NCBI GenBank assembly: GCA_977862235.1
Contig: OZ374563.1
Span: 868,001-932,000, forward strand
Source of the DNA: Dudresnaya verticillata
Lineage: Eukaryota
Length of the DNA: 64,000 nt
Direction of reading: 5' to 3'
Made by a program: the position numbers and the translations under genes. This document shows, one piece after another, positions 59,793-64,000 of the stretch (position 1 is its first letter; the number at the start of each line of letters is the position of its first letter). Under the pieces are notes generated by a model that ran no database searches, was not told where the DNA came from, and saw only the letters and a list, made by a program, of their open reading frames with translations.

Positions 59793-62141
59793 CTATTGAA
59801 CAAGGTCATTACAAAGTGCACGGATTGTGTCGTCGCTTCCAGACACATCCGAAACATCGATAATTGCCAGTGACGCCGGAGATGAGAACATTGTGACACC
59901 CTCTGTCAATGCCCATGACGAAGAAGATCCTTGCGCATGTTGATGACTAGCTCCACTTTGACCCGAATGTTTGTGGCTACTAGCGTGAGCAGTATGCGAA
60001 CCCGGTGTGCCCGTCGGCATACCGCCCCATGTTCGCAATACCTGAGCCGCTCTCACGTGTTCGCAACCACTTGCTCTAAGGATAGACCCGGACCTTGACA
60101 TCAGCAATAAAAGCCAAAGGCCGAAAGAACGCCATGATGGGATTTCCTCTGCAGTCGCAGCCTCTTCAAGACTTCCCACAGCAAAAACCACTAGCTCCCC
60201 CATGCTTTCCTCTACCTCCTCATTTTGAGTCTCCTGCAGGGTTATCTCTGCTGGATCCACGAGGTCCACCCCATCATTCGCGTCATTCATTCTCACGGCA
60301 GGTCCCAGGCACATCGCTGCACAGCATGTGACTGCCATTGACACCAGAAGAGCGCCAGATTCTGACCGGATTTCACTCTTCACTTGCGGAATAGCATCTC
60401 TAATGATTCGTTTCAAACGTTCCTTCCCACCCCAAAGACCCTTCCACTTCTCAGAAGCCCCTGGTACAGACGACCGCTCTCCAAGGAATCGCACAATTGC
60501 TTCGCAAGCAAGAACTTTGTTCCTGAAACCATATTTTGGCGCAGAGGACTGTGACTGACTAGAAGAAGAGCCCTTAGCGGCCTTCTCAAGCGCGACCAGA
60601 AGCTGAAAATCTCCACCCGGTCCTTCGCGTTGAGTCCACAAGTAGCGCAATGACTTCGCAATCTCTGTACCAAACACCTGAAGTGTGACCGCAAACGCTG
60701 TGTGAAGTGCGATTGGCAACGTGGCATCTGCACCTGGGACATTGATGTTGCCAATGGAAGCCGCAATGGATTCCAACGAGGTAATACCAACAGCAAGGCC
60801 CTTCCTGAGCCGCAAGATGAGCTGAGGTAGCTCAGGCGCGACAGCAAAGGCAGAACGAGGGGCGAATGTATCTGCAAAACCATTGACGTGGGTTGTTGAC
60901 GGGTTTTCAAGCTCTGTGATGGCGGCGTTGATCTGCGGCCATGCAGAAGGAAGTCGCCGTGCACACGCACGAACGAGGGCCACGACGCGATCATCCTGAA
61001 GCACGCTCACAAGATGTGGGGCGAGAGACGGTGCCTTCGCGGTACAGTTGCAGATCATGGTAAATGCTGCCAGAAACTCCTTCACCTCGGCGGTTAGGTC
61101 TGACTCGACGAGCGAAAAGCGATAGTGTGGAATGATCTGGACCATGAGCTTAGCGAAAGATTGCAACACACGCTCATCTATCCCTGGCGTGGCGGCGATC
61201 CACTTTAGACACGTTGACATAATGGCTCGCTGCGAGACAATGCCTGTCACCAACGAGTACGACAAGTAGTTCATCAAGCGGGTCGAAGTAGCCGAGCCCT
61301 TCACAAGTTTGATAAACAGGGCGTCAAGCACAGCCCCCTCAGAAGCGTCCGGAAGCTGCCATAGGACCTCGCCATCCGGGGCGGGGCGCTCCTTTCTCAC
61401 GGGACCGCCGCCTGGTGCACCCGGGGCAGATGATTCCTCAACAATGCTCTGCGGTGGGAGCTGATCGCCGCGCACGGGCAGGCGCTCGCGAATGGCGCGC
61501 ACAAATTCCGCCGGGTTGCGCGACGCGCGCCACGACTCGGCAACGACGTCGGCGGCCATTGGACGCAGACGGCGGCGCTCAGCGTCCTCCGCTGGAGGGG
61601 GCAGAAGCGCGTCTGGAACAGCCGAGGTGCGGGCGGAGGACGGGCGCGATGGCTGCGGCGACACGCCACCCGGCGCACCTGGCGCGGACAACCCCTGCAG
61701 GTCTGCGAAGATGGCCGCTTCGGACGTCGCAGCTGCTTTCGCGCCTGCGGCGGCAGCAGCAGCGGCGGCGGCTGCCGCGACGGCCGCTGTGGAGGCCACC
61801 GGAGAACGCGCGGGCTTTTGTACGGGCTTCCCGGGCACCGACTGCGCGGCTTGAGTGGTGGCCGGGGTGGGAGACGCGACAGGGGCGTCGGCGTCGGGGA
61901 CGGCGTCAACGGCGAGGTAGTCCATCTCTGCCGGGGCAAGCGCGAGAGCCGGGGCCGCAACAGACGCGGGGGCCACAGAAGTGGCCGGGGCAGAAGGCGG
62001 CATGTCTGCGGCGGCGTAGAGCGACACTGCATCGGCGTGCTCGGGCATGAAGCCAGAGTCCATGTCGAAGGCGGGCCCCAGGACGGACTGCGAGTCGAAC
62101 ATGGGGGCGTCCGTGTTGAGGTTTGCCAAAAGCTCGTCCAT
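59793..62141 (-). CDS. ~782-aa protein with a Med24/Med5(Med33)-like region; putative Mediator tail subunit
   Basis: Long intact ORF; SWR...LDALFIKLVKG...RLMNYLSYSLVTGIVS resembles the MED24 N-terminus as recalled, not searched. Confidence 0.55.
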   Translation of the reverse strand: MDELLANLNTDAPMFDSQSVLGPAFDMDSGFMPEHADAVSLYAAADMPPSAPATSVAPASVAAPALALAPAEMDYLAVDAVPDADAPVASPTPATTQAAQSVPGKPVQKPARSPVASTAAVAAAAAAAAAAAGAKAAATSEAAIFADLQGLSAPGAPGGVSPQPSRPSSARTSAVPDALLPPPAEDAERRRLRPMAADVVAESWRASRNPAEFVRAIRERLPVRGDQLPPQSIVEESSAPGAPGGGPVRKERPAPDGEVLWQLPDASEGAVLDALFIKLVKGSATSTRLMNYLSYSLVTGIVSQRAIMSTCLKWIAATPGIDERVLQSFAKLMVQIIPHYRFSLVESDLTAEVKEFLAAFTMICNCTAKAPSLAPHLVSVLQDDRVVALVRACARRLPSAWPQINAAITELENPSTTHVNGFADTFAPRSAFAVAPELPQLILRLRKGLAVGITSLESIAASIGNINVPGADATLPIALHTAFAVTLQVFGTEIAKSLRYLWTQREGPGGDFQLLVALEKAAKGSSSSQSQSSAPKYGFRNKVLACEAIVRFLGERSSVPGASEKWKGLWGGKERLKRIIRDAIPQVKSEIRSESGALLVSMAVTCCAAMCLGPAVRMNDANDGVDLVDPAEITLQETQNEEVEESMGELVVFAVGSLEEAATAEEIPSWRSFGLWLLLLMSRSGSILRASGCEHVRAAQVLRTWGGMPTGTPGSHTAHASSHKHSGQSGASHQHAQGSSSSWALTEGVTMFSSPASLAIIDVSDVSGSDDTIRALCNDLVQ

Positions 62142-62553
62142 GGTGGGTGGCGGGGCGGCGGCGGCGGCGGGGCGGCGGGGCGGCGGGGCGGCGGCGGCGG
62201 TGGGCGTCTCGGCGGTGGCACCGCGGCGCGCACACGCACGCGCTGCTGCTGCTCGTCTGCGCGGGGTGCGGGGTGGGTCGGTAGTCGCGCGGCGCGTCTT
62301 CTTCCGCGCGGCGTTTGACCTTTGGTGACGCGGCAGCTGCCCCGCCAGAGCGCGATCAAAGAAGGCGCATCCGGATTCCACCAATTTGCGCGTCGCAAAA
62401 CGTTGCCGCTCGCGCAGTACGCGCGCCGTTCGTCGTGATCCGCCACTGCGGAGCCCACTGCGAGATCGCCACGCGCCCGCGCGTCCCGGTCATCCCCGCC
62501 CCCGGCACCGTCCCGCCCCCGGCACCGTCTCTGCCCCAACCGCGCCCGTCGCG
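62142..62553. promoter_or_regulatory. Probable bidirectional GC-rich promoter/5' UTR region between divergent genes
   Basis: 412 bp between head-to-head start codons at 62141 (-) and 62554 (+). Confidence 0.5.
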
Positions 62554-64000
62554 ATGAGCTCCCCACTCCGCCAAGCCGCCTTCGCGGCGTCGACAACGAC
62601 CTTGCGCCCGCTGTGGGCGCTCTCGACGCGCCCGTGTAGCGCGTTCACGTCCCCGCTGCGGCTCGCGCGCGCCGCGTCCGCCGTCCCGCGCCGGCGCACC
62701 TCGCCGACCGCGACCGCCGCCCCGACGACCAAGGCCGTGCGCGTGCGCTTCGCCCCGTCCCCAACGGGCGCGCTGCATGTGGGCGGCGCGCGCACGGCGC
62801 TGTACAACTGGCTGCTTGCGCGGCAGACGTCCGGCGCGTTCCTGGTGCGCGTCGAGGACACGGACCAGGCGCGCTCGACGCTCGAGTCCGAGCAGGCCGT
62901 GCTCTCCGACCTGTCCTGGCTCGGTCTGAAATGGGACGAGGGGCCCGAGGTGGGCGGCGAATGCGGGCCGTACCGCCAGAGCGAGCGAGCAGAGGTGTAC
63001 CAGCGCCTGGCGAAGAAGCTGTTGGACGAGGGCAAGGCTTACCCGTGCTTCTGCACCGAGGAAGACCTGGAGCGGAAGAGGGCTCTGGCTGAGCAAGAGG
63101 GACGCCCGCCGCAGTACGACGGCGAATGGAGGGACGCTGATTCCGACGAGGTTCAGAGGAGGATTGACGCTGGCGAACCGTACACTGTCCGTTTCAAAGT
63201 ACCGCCGGCGAGCAGGGTTGTGATTGATGACGCCGTGCGCGGCAAGGTCGCGTGGGATGCCGATGCCACTGTCGGAGACTTCATTCTGTTGCGAAGCACC
63301 GGCGTGCCTGTGTACAACTTCTGCGTCGCCGTCGACGACGCCCTCATGGGCGTATCTACGGTTATCCGCGCCGAGGAGCACCTCACCAACACCCTGCGCC
63401 AAGTCCTGATCCTCCGCGCCCTAGGGTTCGAAGCCCCGCAGTATGCCCACTGCTCGCTCATTCTCGGCTCGGACCGCAGTAAGCTGTCTAAGCGCCACGG
63501 CGCCACCTCCGTCACGCAGTTCCGCGAGGAGGGCTATCTCCCCGTCGCCATGATCAACTATCTCGCCACACTGGGCTGGAATGATGGCACTGAGAAAGAG
63601 ATCTACACCGTGGAGGAGCTCATTGACGCCTTTGATATCAACCGCATCACCAAGTCGCCCGCCATGTTCGACGGTGATAAGCTGCGTTTTGTCAACGGCC
63701 AGCACCTCCGGGCGCTTCCGGCAGATGAGCTGGAGGACTTGGTCATTACAGAGTGGAAGAGAGCAGGCGTGTTCGAGAACATGGTTGAGCCGGGTTCTGC
63801 GCTAGGTAGCGCCGCTGTGGACCTGGTGCGTGGCTCATTAGAACTGGTCAACGACGCGAATGACGAGATGCGCGCAGTGTTCTCGTATCCACTTGAGGAG
63901 ACCTTGGCATCTGGGGAGGCTGACGAGCTGCTGGGCGACGACGGCGGTTTCAAGGAGTTGGGAGAGCTCGCACTACAGGCGTATGACGCTGGGGAGATGC
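62554..64000 (+). CDS. gltX: Glutamyl-tRNA synthetase, bacterial-type organellar, with transit peptide; runs off the right edge
   Basis: VRVRFAPSPTGALHVGGARTALYNWL (HIGH-like), RVEDTD, GPYRQSER, AYPCFCT, VIRAEEHL, KLSKRHG (KMSKS-like). Confidence 0.95.
   Translation, partial: MSSPLRQAAFAASTTTLRPLWALSTRPCSAFTSPLRLARAASAVPRRRTSPTATAAPTTKAVRVRFAPSPTGALHVGGARTALYNWLLARQTSGAFLVRVEDTDQARSTLESEQAVLSDLSWLGLKWDEGPEVGGECGPYRQSERAEVYQRLAKKLLDEGKAYPCFCTEEDLERKRALAEQEGRPPQYDGEWRDADSDEVQRRIDAGEPYTVRFKVPPASRVVIDDAVRGKVAWDADATVGDFILLRSTGVPVYNFCVAVDDALMGVSTVIRAEEHLTNTLRQVLILRALGFEAPQYAHCSLILGSDRSKLSKRHGATSVTQFREEGYLPVAMINYLATLGWNDGTEKEIYTVEELIDAFDINRITKSPAMFDGDKLRFVNGQHLRALPADELEDLVITEWKRAGVFENMVEPGSALGSAAVDLVRGSLELVNDANDEMRAVFSYPLEETLASGEADELLGDDGGFKELGELALQAYDAGEM

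Noticed and set aside
61397..63402. Long alternative-frame ORFs (399, 348, 211 aa)
   Set aside because: Shadow ORFs overlapping the Mediator-like and gltX genes in very GC-rich sequence.

Overview
Eukaryotic, intron-poor DNA; a red-algal nuclear genome is my inference from gene style and element types. Bases 1-33.7 kb are a nest of LTR retrotransposons. A Ty1/copia element (-) is interrupted in its integrase by a Ty3/gypsy element A (-), whose 5' LTR is itself interrupted by a full-length chromodomain gypsy element B (4196-17482, -). A full-length relative of A, element C (20337-33712, +), sits directly against the copia 5' LTR. B and C each carry a ~760-codon antisense ORF between pol and the 3' LTR, and the two ORFs share an unrecognised conserved domain. 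The A/C family is saturated with a fixed-spacing palindrome CGCC-N3-GGCG (about 48 copies in C by manual count, essentially none in B), while B has a different palindrome. This pairing is the candidate new system. Bases 34.2-55.9 kb are a tandem duplication carrying a secreted knottin-like peptide and an orphan basic-protein family; copy 1 contains a CRE-like non-LTR retrotransposon with a 12-bp TSD. Bases 56-64 kb hold ordinary host genes: a TrmA/RlmD-type m5U methyltransferase, TIP41, a Mediator Med24/Med5-like protein and an organellar glutamyl-tRNA synthetase. All counts and alignments were done by eye.
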